Positions 38,527 to 50,215 of a stretch of DNA of 64,000 nt are shown piece by piece. Position 1 is the first letter of the stretch, and every line of letters starts with the position of its first letter. The notes beneath the pieces are model-generated. The model made no database searches and was not told the origin of the DNA. It saw only the letters and a program-made list of their open reading frames with translations. Location: assembly GCA_016748015.1 (NCBI GenBank), contig JAAOMT010000098.1:325635-389634 (forward strand), read 5' to 3'. Made by a program: the position numbers and the translations under genes. This DNA comes from Geosiphon pyriformis uo1 (lineage: Eukaryota > Fungi > Glomeromycota).

Positions 38527-40482
38527 ATGGAACCAGTGAGCTTTGCTGCTGGTAGTTCTGGGTCTGTTTTGACTGGGTTGGGGACCTGGTCTAGTGTCAA
38601 AAATAAGTGTTCGGTCGGTCCTCATTCTCGTGGTGTGTCCTATAAGAAGCCGAAGAAACCTGTGACAGTTGACGGATTGGTGGAGTTGTCTGTTGGTGTC
38701 TCAAACATTATGGATGAAAGTGGTAATGGACCTAACATTGAACAATCGTGGGCTCGCAAAGTCAACAGCAAAGTGGACAGTATGAGTGGCATCTCGGACT
38801 TGGATAACATGGAAAACGTCGTCACTGAGGAAACTTGCTATGCAGAGTCAGATGTTTTGGGTTTGAACGACAACATGAATGATGCCACGCCAAGAAAGAT
38901 GCGTACCTGCACCTATGTTCTAAACAATAAGCCGCCACCTCTATCTTTCAACATTCCAAGTGATGGTAAGGATACTTTGCCTCTCCCGAGTCCCAAATTT
39001 TATGGATTCAATTGCCTTCCTCCAATTGGGTCACGTGCACCAGAGAAATGGAATTTTAATTTGTCAAAATTGTTTGCATTAGATATTGAGCTATCTGCTG
39101 TTCCTGACAAAACTAATATTGATAAATTGATCAGTTTGAAAAAAAATTTTTATCACGTTGATGGGTTTGGGGGAGTCTCAACTCCCTCAAAATTCCCAGG
39201 AATCATCAGATTTTCATTTACATCTGAAATTAGTTTGAATAAGGCTAGAGAATTGGCAATAAGTGAGAAAATTTTAGTCAATGATAATCTGAGAAAATTA
39301 AGTGTCTGTTCAGATCGGGAAGTGATAGTCAAGGAGATCCCAGTGGATCTTCCCAAATTGGCAGTGGAGTCAGTTTTTTCCAAATTTGGCAAGATTGTTT
39401 TAATCAAAATGCAGCTGATTGGTCTCTGGCAAAAGACCTTGGTCGAATTTGAGTTATCTGAAGTAACTAGTCTGGTTGCTTCTAAATGGTCGGTCTTCAT
39501 GGAAAAAGATTCAGTGTGTGTGGTTTTGGCAATCAATGATAAACAAACGTGGGTATTGAAAGATCAGCATCAGGCTTTGCTTTATACTCTTCCGGTTGGC
39601 ACCAATGTTCATGACCTCTCCAATTTGTTGGAATCGTATGGTAAGAAGACTTGTTACATTGGCCGTAATCTTAATTCGTATGTTTGTGATAGATGTGCTG
39701 TAATTTGTTTTGGTGATGAGGCGTCCAAGTTGGCTGCTATTGGTACAATTCCAGTTTTCAAAGGTGTAAGTTTGCGTTGGGTTGGTCTCTCTTTGGCCAG
39801 TTGCACTTGTTGTAAATGATATAGTCATGTTATGGTTGACTGTTCTTTGGGTGAGAATTCTGGTGCTTGTGAGAAGAGGGTGGTTTCTGATCAAGATTGG
39901 GTTCATCTGGCTGGAATATATAAGAAAAAGTTGGCTTCTATTGCTTGTCCAGTCTCATTTAGTGGTAAAACATGGGCCCAAGTTGCTGGTGGCTCTTCTT
40001 CTCGTGTGGTCCCCTCTGGTTTGGTTGGTGCTGATTTGCGTTCTGATTTGGTTCCCCCTTCAGTGACTACTGGTTCTCTTATCGTTTTTTATTTGAATGA
40101 TCGGCTGGTAATTTTGAAGTGCTTTTTGGAGCTTTTGACTGACCATGTTTCTAGCATTTTGGTTTGATTGGATTCCATTGGTTTGGTTCCTGCGGCGACC
40201 TCATCTCTGGGCTCTTCTCTTGCTGTGTCTGAGACTTTGTCTTCAGATGTAGATTCTGATATGGTTGTGGATACTGTTTTGGTCTCATCTGGTACTCCTC
40301 CCTCCATCAGTCATAATGCTGTTGTTAAGCTTAGCTCTAGTAGTTCCAAGATTTTCACTGCCAAAGTGGGTGGTTTGGAAACAAAATTGATTGCTTTAGA
40401 GACCTTAGTTGGTTCAGTTTTGGATAAGTTAAATATTCTGTGCTCTGGTTCGGATTTGTCAGTTTCTCTGTTTTCTCAATGA
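38527..40482 (+). pseudogene. L2 ORF1 (RRM-like domain + CX2CX4HX4C knuckle)
   Basis: Pieces at 38527, 39832 and 40168 share one frame. VIVKEIPVDLPKLAVESVFSKFGKIV...LVEF is RRM-like; CTCCK*YSHVMVDC. Confidence 0.85.
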
Positions 40483-43400
40483 TTCACTTTATTTGGAATA
40501 TTGTCACGTGTAATGTCAAAGGTATAAACAATTGTGCGAAGCAGGCAGACATTATACAATGACATAAGGATGTGAACAATCTGGTCTCTATTGTTACTGA
40601 AACAAAGTTAAGGGGTGTGATTCGTCTGTGGATTGCCGATAAGTTCAATGGCATTTGTGTCTTTACTTCTGGTCTGAATTCTGGTTACATGGGTTCTGGT
40701 ATTGCAATAATTATAGACTCTTCTTTGGTAAAGCATGTGTGCAAGATTTCGGAGGTCTCTGGTCAGCTGTTATCAATAAGGCTGCTCTTTGAGAATAAAC
40801 TTTCTGTGTCTATTTTGGGGCTGTATGCTGGTGCGTCTTCAGTGGTTCGGTTTTTTCAGGCTAGTGATATCAATTCTCTCGTTGCCAAAGTGGTAAATGA
40901 GACTTCTTTTGTCATTCTTGGTGGCGATTTCAATGAAGATGGATCTCATAAATGTGCCAGTTTTAGGAAGTGTTTTGATTTGGGTCTAGTCAACTCTCTG
41001 AGTGGAAGTGCTTTTGTGAAGTCACTAACATGGTGCAATTCTCGTGGTGTTGCCAAAACAATTGATTACGTGTTGGTTTCTTCTAGTCTAGTGAATGCGA
41101 TTATAGATCGTGGTATGGTGGGTGTCGAGGATTTTTTTGATACTGATCATAGGGCTGTTTCAGTTTCTGTGAGTTTGGGTGGTTTGTTGGATGTGCAGCT
41201 ACTGTTTCTGCACAAACAGGCCAACAAAAATTGTTGGAAGTTTGATGTCAAAAATACTAGTGAAGGGAAGTGATTGGAGTTTAAGAATGCTACAGCTGCT
41301 AATGCCTCTATGCTTTCAGATGCATTTGTTGCAGCTATGAAGTTTTTGGATAAGGATGCAATGTGGGATGTTGTTTGCAGGATATTGATTCTCTCGGCTG
41401 GTGGGACATTCAGAAAAAAATAGTTCAAGGGTTATAATAGTGTTTTCAATAAGATTTCTTCTAAGTTTCATAGACTGGAGCTGCTTGTGTCTAAGCTGGT
41501 TAAGGCCTCTTGTCTGAATTTTGGTGGGAATTTTGCTTCTTTGTTAAATACATGGGACAGACTTGACTCGGTTGGTGTCTCGCCAGTGAAGTCTCTCTTT
41601 CTTTTGGGTTCTGGTTTTGATGCTATTCGCTCTGAACTGGCTAAGGCAAGGAAAATTTACCACTCTTTGAAGATGATGAAGTCTAAGCGTGCTGAGGAAT
41701 CTCGTATTAGGCAGGTTATTAAGAGAAAGATAGAGAGTTTTGAAGTGGACAAGGGGTGTACCATCAGAAGTGTTCTGGAGCGTCTTTTCCATAAGGTGGT
41801 ACTTGACCACTTAGTCACAGGTGATGAGTTGGTCCTGGAGCTGGATTTGGTTAAATCTAAAGTCGATGAGATCATGGAAGGATGGACTAGGAAGTGTGTG
41901 GTGATGCAGGATATTTCTAATGACTGGGTGCGCCAATTTCAGTCTTTGAACTATGTCTTTGATGATGCCTTCTCTGAAGTAATGTGTTCAATTGGTTTTG
42001 ATGAGTTGTTTGCTATTGTCTCTAATTTGTCTGATGGTAAGGCGGCTGGTCTTTCTGGTATCCCCAATGAGTTGTGGAAACACTGTGATAAAAAGGTTTT
42101 GGATATGCTCTTGTTATTGCTGAATTTTTGTTTGGAACATGAATCTGTACCTGAACCTTGGAAGGAAGCTTGGGTGTCAATGATTCCTAAACCGTATGAA
42201 TTGGAGAGAGTTCTTACGAATACCCATCCTATTGTATTGATTAAAACGGTTCACAAGATTCTTTCCAAGATTCTGTCAGACAGAATTTCTTTGGTCTGCA
42301 GCAGATTTGATGTTCTGCGTGGGAACAATTTCTCTGTATTAAAGGATATAATGACACAATCACCTATTTTCACCGTTAGTTCTGTGGTGGAAGATGCATT
42401 GGAAAAGGGCCGGGAACTGTGGCTGGTTTTGCAAGATATGTGAAAAGCATATGATTCTGTTGGCTGGGTGCATCTCAGGAGAAGTTTGGTTAGAATTAAG
42501 ATGTGTGACAGGTTTATTAGATTTTTTGACAACATTCACAATGGTCGCACCAACAGGGTGATGACAGATTTTGGTTTAACTGATAGTTACTGTGTTCACA
42601 ATAGTCTGGACCAAGGGGAGGTTTTTTCGCCGCTTCTTTGGTGCATATTTTATGATTCGCTTTTGTGTGAAGTCAAACGACAGGAAAGTGTGTATGGTTA
42701 CAAGTTGAACTCTCATTTTATCTCCAAAACTGGCCGGGTGGAGCCTCAGGCCAGGCTGACATCATTTTTGGCTGCTGGTGCTTTTGTTGATGATACAATC
42801 TAAATTGGTGATAGCCAGGCTGCTACGCAGCACATCCTCAATGTTGCTAGTGAATTTTTTAGGATTAATAACATTTCAATTAACAATGACAAGACTGTAG
42901 CCATCCCTATCAACAGCCAGATTGCGAATCCTTCTTTGACTATTAATGGCTCGCCTATTTCTATTGCCAAGAAGGGTGAGGCTCATCAATATCTGGGTAT
43001 TTTTTTGTCTTCTGAAGGTCTTTGGAAGCCCAGTCTAGCTAAAGCTCACTCGAACATTCAGTTCCTTGTTAATCTTGTTCTAAGAAAGGCGATCTCGGAT
43101 AAACAATTCGCATATTTGGCTTTTGCTGTTCTTTTGCCTATCATTAGCTACAAAACTCAGTTCAGCTTTATTCCTGTTAGTGTGTGTAATAAGTGAGACT
43201 CTATGGTTCACAGATGCTTAAAGTTCAAGTCTGGGCTACCTCTTGACTTCTCCAATGATGCGGTTTATCATCTGTCTTTGTACAATTTTAAAACTTTTGA
43301 ACAGATTCAAGCTGAGAGTAAATTGGCTGCTGTTTTGGCTTTTGCAAATTCAGTTGGTATTTTGGGTTATTTGTTTTCTCACAGGTCTCATGATCTTCAG

Positions 43401-45170
43401 GCTCTCAGTTGGCATCCCTGTCACCCTTTGGCATTTCCAGCTCATGTTTGTGTCAGTTCCTCAAACAACTTTCTGTCAGGTGTGGTTTGTATTTTTTCTG
43501 GGTGTGACTTATCTTTGGGCAACTCTCTGACCAGCACTTTTCATCTCCGGGGTGGCACTCCTATGTCTATTGTTTTGGATGAGTTCAGGTTTCTCAGATG
43601 TGTCCCTTCACTCAAGTGCTATGGTATCGCTTTCGTGGAACAGCTTTGTAACAAACATGGTGTTGCTTTCAGTTGGAAGACCTTCAAACGTTGGAAGAGA
43701 CTGGATCCCCGTGGCTCAGTTTCTGTCTGGTTTGATATTTCTATTCGGTTTCTTGGTAGTATTATTTCTTCTTCTGTGTGCTCCTTCCCTGTAGGTAGTC
43801 ACGCTTATCCTGATATTTGTCTTTCTCATAATTTTGGCATTGTTTGTGACAATTTGTTGGACATTGATGCTGCTGTTCACCTCTCTGTATATACGGATGA
43901 GTCTCTAAGTGGTTTGGGTACTGTTGGTATGAGGGCTGGTGCTGCTGTTTTCTTTGAGAACATTGATTTGGGGTTGGGTGTGAAGGTGTCTGGTTTGGTT
44001 TCTTCTACGTTTACGGAGTTGTAGGCCATTGCTTTGGCTCTCGAGTGTGTTCCCTCTTTTCATTTAGTGGATTTGTTCTCAGACAGCCAGGCTGCTTTGG
44101 ATGCATGCAAATCCGAATTCCTACTAATTTGGCTGGACTTCAGGAATCGTTGTTGGGTTGAGTGCCACCACATTGCTAATGTCATTTGTGATAAAAATTT
44201 AGTTGTGAATTGGATCAAAGTGAAAGGTCATTCAGGTGTCTCTGACAACGAGCGTGCTGACTCACTCACGAGAGTCGCTGCTTCATCTTCTTGTTGGTTA
44301 CCACACAGAGTTAATGAACATTTTTTAAGAACTGGTGACTCTGTCATTTCTGGTAATTCAAGACATTTTGATCATGATATTTTCCAGTCGATTCATCAAG
44401 TGTGTTGGGAGGTTGAATCCGGTTTCCGAGTTTTGGTGAATAGTTTACAAGGTGATGTTAATTGGGCCAGGTCTGTTTTGGTGTGGCACCCGGATTCTCA
44501 CATGGCTGCTGGTTTCACTAGTTTGCGTACTGCTGGCTTTCGGACTTATTTCATGAAGGCTCTGCATCATCAGCTTCCTGTCATCGTGCATAAGTGTCTA
44601 TATAATAGGCATTACCCCAGTGTAGTGTGCTTATTCTGTGGTAATGTTGAAGTTTCTGACCATGTTTTTTCCTGCCCCTTTGATGCTGTTGGCCGTGAGC
44701 ATTTGATGGACACTTATGTGGCTGCTTGGGAAGCATGTTTTGGTTTATCTCGTTCTTCTTCGTGTGTTTCACAGTTTCTGTCTACTTATGCTTTGAATTG
44801 TGTGGTTGGGGTGGCACTGTGTAAAAGATTTGTTTTTAATGATTGGTATCATGAATCTGTTTTTGTTTTTAAGGATCCCAGGGTGGCTGCTTGTAACTTG
44901 GTGTCTTTTGTGAGTGAGTTTTGTGCTGCTTTCTGGGATGAAATCTGGCTGGTTTGTGCAAGACATCAGGCTGTGATAGAAAAGGGTGGGCTAATTCCTC
45001 GTGATGGCTCTATTCTTGTCTCTGTTTCTGGTTTTTCTATGGGTCTTTTGGCAGGTGTTGTTAAATTATTAGGGATTGCTGATGCAATTGGCATTCATTT
45101 TGGGTTTCGTAGGTCCTGTTTGTTTTTTTCTGGTGTTTGTAAGGAGATGTCTGTTTGTATAAGTGCATAG
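40479..45170 (+). pseudogene. L2 ORF2: APE endonuclease, RT, RNase H, Zn motif
   Basis: TCNV, TETKL, LGGDFN, TIDYV, TDHR (APE); QDM*KAYDSV, QGEVFSPLL, FVDD (RT); YTDES, SDSQAAL, KVKGHSG, NERAD (RNase H); CLFC...HVFSC. One frame throughout, broken only by point stops. Confidence 0.95.
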
Positions 45171-48100
45171 TGTTGTTCTGACTGGTCTGAGTGGCTGGTC
45201 ACATGTAGAAAAAGCATGATTCACGCCTAGTTTAGATCATTTAATGATGTATTGCACTAGGTAGTGTTTGGGCTTCACTCATTAAACATAATAAAAAAAA
45301 TAAAAAAAAAGTTTTTTTTGAAAAAAGTTTTTACAATTCAGTACAATAAATTTAAACTCTTTTTGCTTGATTATAAGGTCATTGTTGACTGTAGTATTGC
45401 TGTGATAAAAAAGTTTGTTGAAGGCTTTAGTATTGGTAGTAGTGAAAAAAATATTGTTTTTAGAAAAAAAAGAAAAGATGGTGTTCTAAAAGATAGTATT
45501 GCTCATAGAATAGTCTTGTCTAAAAAAACAGTTGATGATTCTTTGGGGTCTGAAGCTGGTAATACTACTGAATTTAATAGTGTTAATATGGAAAAAAAGT
45601 GTCTTATAGAAAAAACCAGTATAGATTATGGTGAGAAAAATTTGTTCATTGAAGATAACTCCAATTAAACACCAAAAAATCCAAGATTGGTAACAAAAAA
45701 AGCTTTGAATATGCCATTAGGAAAAATCAATTTCTTAGATGATATTAATAATGATGACATTTTTTTGGATGCTCTTATGATTTTTCTTTTTCTACTGAAA
45801 AATTTGGTCAATGTGTTTGTTAAGAAATTATTTGCTTTGGATATTGGTCTGGATAAAATTGCTGGAAAATTATCTTAAAAAAAGCTTGCAGTTGTTAGAA
45901 AGTTATTTTCAAAAATCAATAATTTTGGGAGAGTCTCTACCTCCTTAAAATTTAATGGAATCATCCATGCTTCTTTTACTTTTGAATCTAGTTTAGCACA
46001 GACTATGGAAAAAACAAGAGTAGCAAATATTTTGGTAAACACCAATCTTAAAAAATCCATGGTACATTTAAATCAGGCTGTAGTAGTAAAGAAAATTCCA
46101 GTTAGAACATTAGCTGAAGCTGTATATACTGTGTTATCCAAGTTTAAAATAATTAAGTTAATCAAGATACAATTGGTAGGACTGTGGCAGAAGACTGTAG
46201 TAGAATTTGAACAAGTAGATTAAGTTGATTTGACTGTTGTAAAATGGTCTATTTTAATCAGAAAAGATGTGATTTGTGTTGTTAAGACTGACATGAATAA
46301 AAAATTATGAGATGTAAGAAATAGTTATAAAGTATTATTATATACTTTACTAGTGAGAACAAATACACATAATATTTGGGACTTTATTGGATCAGTTGAC
46401 AATAAGACTTGTGTTATTGATTACCACCTGGTCACATACACTTAATCTAGATGTGCTGTAATGTGTTTTGATTTTGCCAATTTATTTAAAGCTATTATGG
46501 AAATCATTTCAGTTTTAAAAGATGCTAATCTGCATTGGTCTTGACTGGGTTTCTTTAAATACACCAAGTATGAAAAAATAGGGCATACTTTATTGAACTG
46601 TACTTTTGGTAAGAAATTTTCTCTTGGTGCTCTTTCTCAAAAAGTGCTGTTTAATGGAGATAAAAGCAGGCTGGCTTCTATTTATGCCAAATGCTTAGCT
46701 TCTATTGTACATTTTGTTTCTTTTGGTGGTGCTTTTTGAATAAAGATTGTTGGTGGGTTCTTCTTTTTATTTCTTTTTGTTCATAATAGTTTGGCTTATT
46801 TTGGTTCCTCTTTGAAAGTAAAACCTTTCTTGTCTGTTGTTGGTAAGTTAAAATTATGTTTGGTAAACATTAAAAACAGTCTTATTAGCCTTGCAAGACA
46901 AATTAGTAAGTTGGCTAAGAGATTGGAGTCACTTGTGCTAATGGTTTTCCAGTCTAGCTCTGAATGTCAGCCATTGGTGACCCTCTTATCACAGAATCAG
47001 GTGGGCAATATAGTGATGGAAAAAAATTCAGGTAAAGTCATTAATGATAAAACTGTTATGGTTTTGGGCTTTTCTGCTCTCTTTAATATAGTGCAATTAG
47101 AAAACATACTAAAAGATCTCACTGTGTTAATGCTAAGTCTATTAAGACATTTCAATAGTCTGATTTTGACTGGTAATGTAATTCTTAAAAACTTTTTTCA
47201 ATGAGTAATCTGGTGTGGAAAATTGCCACATGCAATGTTAAAAATATGAACAATTCTGCAAAACAAGTTGATATTATTCATTGGTACAAAGACATGAACA
47301 ATTTGGTTTCTATTATTATAAAAATAAAACTTAAAAGAAAAATTTGCTCATGGATTGTAACAAATTTGATGGCATTCAGGTGTTTACTTCTGGTTTAGAT
47401 TTTGGGTATCTGGATGCTGGGGTTATAATTGTCATGAACTCTTTCTTGATAAGACATGTGTATAAGGTTTTTGAGATACCTGATCAGCTTTTCTCTGTTA
47501 AGTTGCTTTTTAAAAATAAACTTTCTGTTTTGATTTTAGGGCTGTATGCTGGTGTTGTTCTGGTTGTTCATTTTTTTTAGGCTAATAAAGTCAATTTTTT
47601 GATTGCCAAAGCTGTGAATGAGTTTTTATTTGTTGTTTTGAGTGACAACTTCAATAAAAATGGTTCCTGTAAGTGTGCTAATTTCAAAAAATGCTTTGAT
47701 TTAGGTTTGATTAATTCTTTGAATAAGAGCTCATATGCAAAGGTGCCAACATAGACTAATTTTTGGGGTGTTGTAAAAACAATCAATTACATATTTGTTT
47801 CCTTAAGTTTGGTTAATGTTGTAATGAGTTGTAATATAATTAATATCAATGAATATTTTAACATTAATTACTAAGCTGTTTCTGTTTTTGTGAGTTTAAG
47901 AGGTTTTTTGGATATATAACTAAACTCTATATGCAAGCAGGTAAATAAAAATTGTTGAAAGTTTGATGTTAAAAATGCTGATAAGGTGAAATGGAACAAT
48001 TTTAAAGATGCTATGGCAGTCAATGCTACAATGTTCTCTGATAATTTTGCCACATCTAAGAAATTCTTGAACTTGGATGCAATGTAAAATGCTGTTTGCA

Positions 48101-49336
48101 AAATTATAACTCTGTCTGCTGATAGGACATTTAAGAAAAAGTGGTTCAAGAGCTTTGATAGTATTTTTATTAAGAAGTTTTTTAGGTTTCATAAATTGAA
48201 AGTTATGGTTTCAAAAATTGTTAAAGCTTCTTGTAAAAAATGTGTTAACAGGTTTGACTCTTTGATAAAACACTGGGTTTCTTTGGACAGTGACAAGGCC
48301 TTTACTATTCAGGTTTTAATAAACTCTGGTATGAGTTTGATCATGTACATCTTGTTCTTTTTGGGATAAAAAGATTTTATCATGTATCTAAACTTGCTGA
48401 GTCTTTGAGAGCTGAGGAATTAGGTATTAAATCTGCTATTGATAAGAGGATGGCAAGTTTTGCAGACAATAAATGCCATACAATCAGAAGTGTTTTAGAA
48501 CATTCTTTCTGTAAGATAGTGTTGGATCATTTAGTTACTAATAATAATCTGATTCTGGATCTGGTTGAAGTCAAAGATAAAGTTGATTCTATCATAGAAG
48601 ACTGAACAAGAAAGCAGATTGTGCTGAATAATGTTTCTAATTTGTGGCAATAACAATATTTGTCTTTGGCTTATGTCAATAATAATGCATTTTCTAGAGT
48701 CATAATTCCTTTTTGTTATAATAATATGATATAAGTGGTTAATAACCTACCTGACAAAAAGGCTGCTGGTTTTGTTTGGTATTACTAATGAGCTTTGAAA
48801 GCACTATAATGGTTCAGTTTTTGTCATGCTTTTGGATTTTTTAAATCTCTGTTTGGTGTGAAAATCTGTTCTACAGACATAAAAAAAAGCTTGAGTGTTA
48901 ATAATTCTTAAACTGTATGAGTGGAAAGAAGTTCTAACTTATTTTTCTGATTTAAATATGCATATTAGTGTTAAAGTTGATGGGTTGGTATTATCTACAA
49001 TGGTGAAATTACAAGCAATTGCTTTAGCTTTAGAGTGTGTTTCTTTTGGCAGTTTGGTTATGGTGTTTTTAGACAGTTAGGTGCCTTTAGATACTTGTGC
49101 TGCTAAATCAATTTTGGCTTTGTCAAACTTTTGGAATTGTTGTTAGATAAAATAGCGGGGTGTGATGACTTTTATTTAGGATAAAAAAATTGACATTTCA
49201 TGGTACAAGATTAAAGAACATTTGGGTGTTTTGGGTAATAAATGTATTGATGTTCTGGCTAATTTAGCTGATAATTCAGATTTTATACTTCTTGTTTTAA
49301 TTGGAGATAGATTTATTAAAGCTGGTGAGATGGTGG

Positions 49337-50215
49337 TGTTACTTATAGAATATAAAAATATAGTAATATATATATTAGCCAATTAGAAGTAAACATAGTA
49401 AAATATGGAATTTCAAGATTCCTTTCAAAAAAATTCCAAAATTCCAAAAATTACAAGATTCTCATATGAAAAATCGCAGGATTTCAGAATTCCAAAATTT
49501 CTCTCAAGGAATTGCAGAATTTCAGAAATTCTAGGATTCCTAGCAAGAAAAATTAAGAAATTAAAAAATCCCAAATATGTATATATAGCAGTGGTATTAG
49601 AAGCAGAAAAGACAAATATCTGAGTTTCTCTTTCTAGTTAGCATTTATATATTTATATTATCAATAAAAATACTTGTTAATTATATCAATCCAATTGTCC
49701 ACTATCAACACTTTATGTTGATAGTAACTCATACTTAACTATACTAGAACAATAGTTCTTGATTATGGCTATTAATAGAATACCAACTTAATTGTCTTGG
49801 CTTATTTTCTTTATTTTATTTTATTTTTTATTTTTTCTTTTATTGTTGTATATTAATTGATTAAAAATTAAGCACTAAGTTACTGACATCAGGATATAGC
49901 ACTGGTAAAAGATTCAGGAATAAGAGTAGTCACTCAGATTTAAGAAATGTTTATTAAAAAATTGTTGACCATCATGCTGAGAAAAAAATTAACAGAATTG
50001 TGATTCTGGAAAGTGATAGACAACAAAACACATTAACCTAAGAGTTAACACTTGAAACATTAACCACACTTGAATCTCTGTTTATTATACAAAAGACTTT
50101 AATCAAAACTTTCAAACAACCAGAACTTTCAGATATTTATCAATGAGATCAGCTACAATATACTAAGTTATGAATTTGTTATTTAATTTGAAATCCCAAA
50201 TAATCATCTATAACA
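49337..50215 (+). repeat. E6 5' LTR (GGAATTCC subtype)
   Basis: Direct repeat of 54730-55619. Confidence 0.92.

Larger units (their letters stand above)
38401..45310 (+). mobile_element. Full-length LINE L2 (family A) with A-rich tail
   Basis: Pyrimidine-rich 5' UTR, ORF1, overlapping ORF2, 3' UTR, tail taataaaaaaaataaaaaaaaa. Confidence 0.95.
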
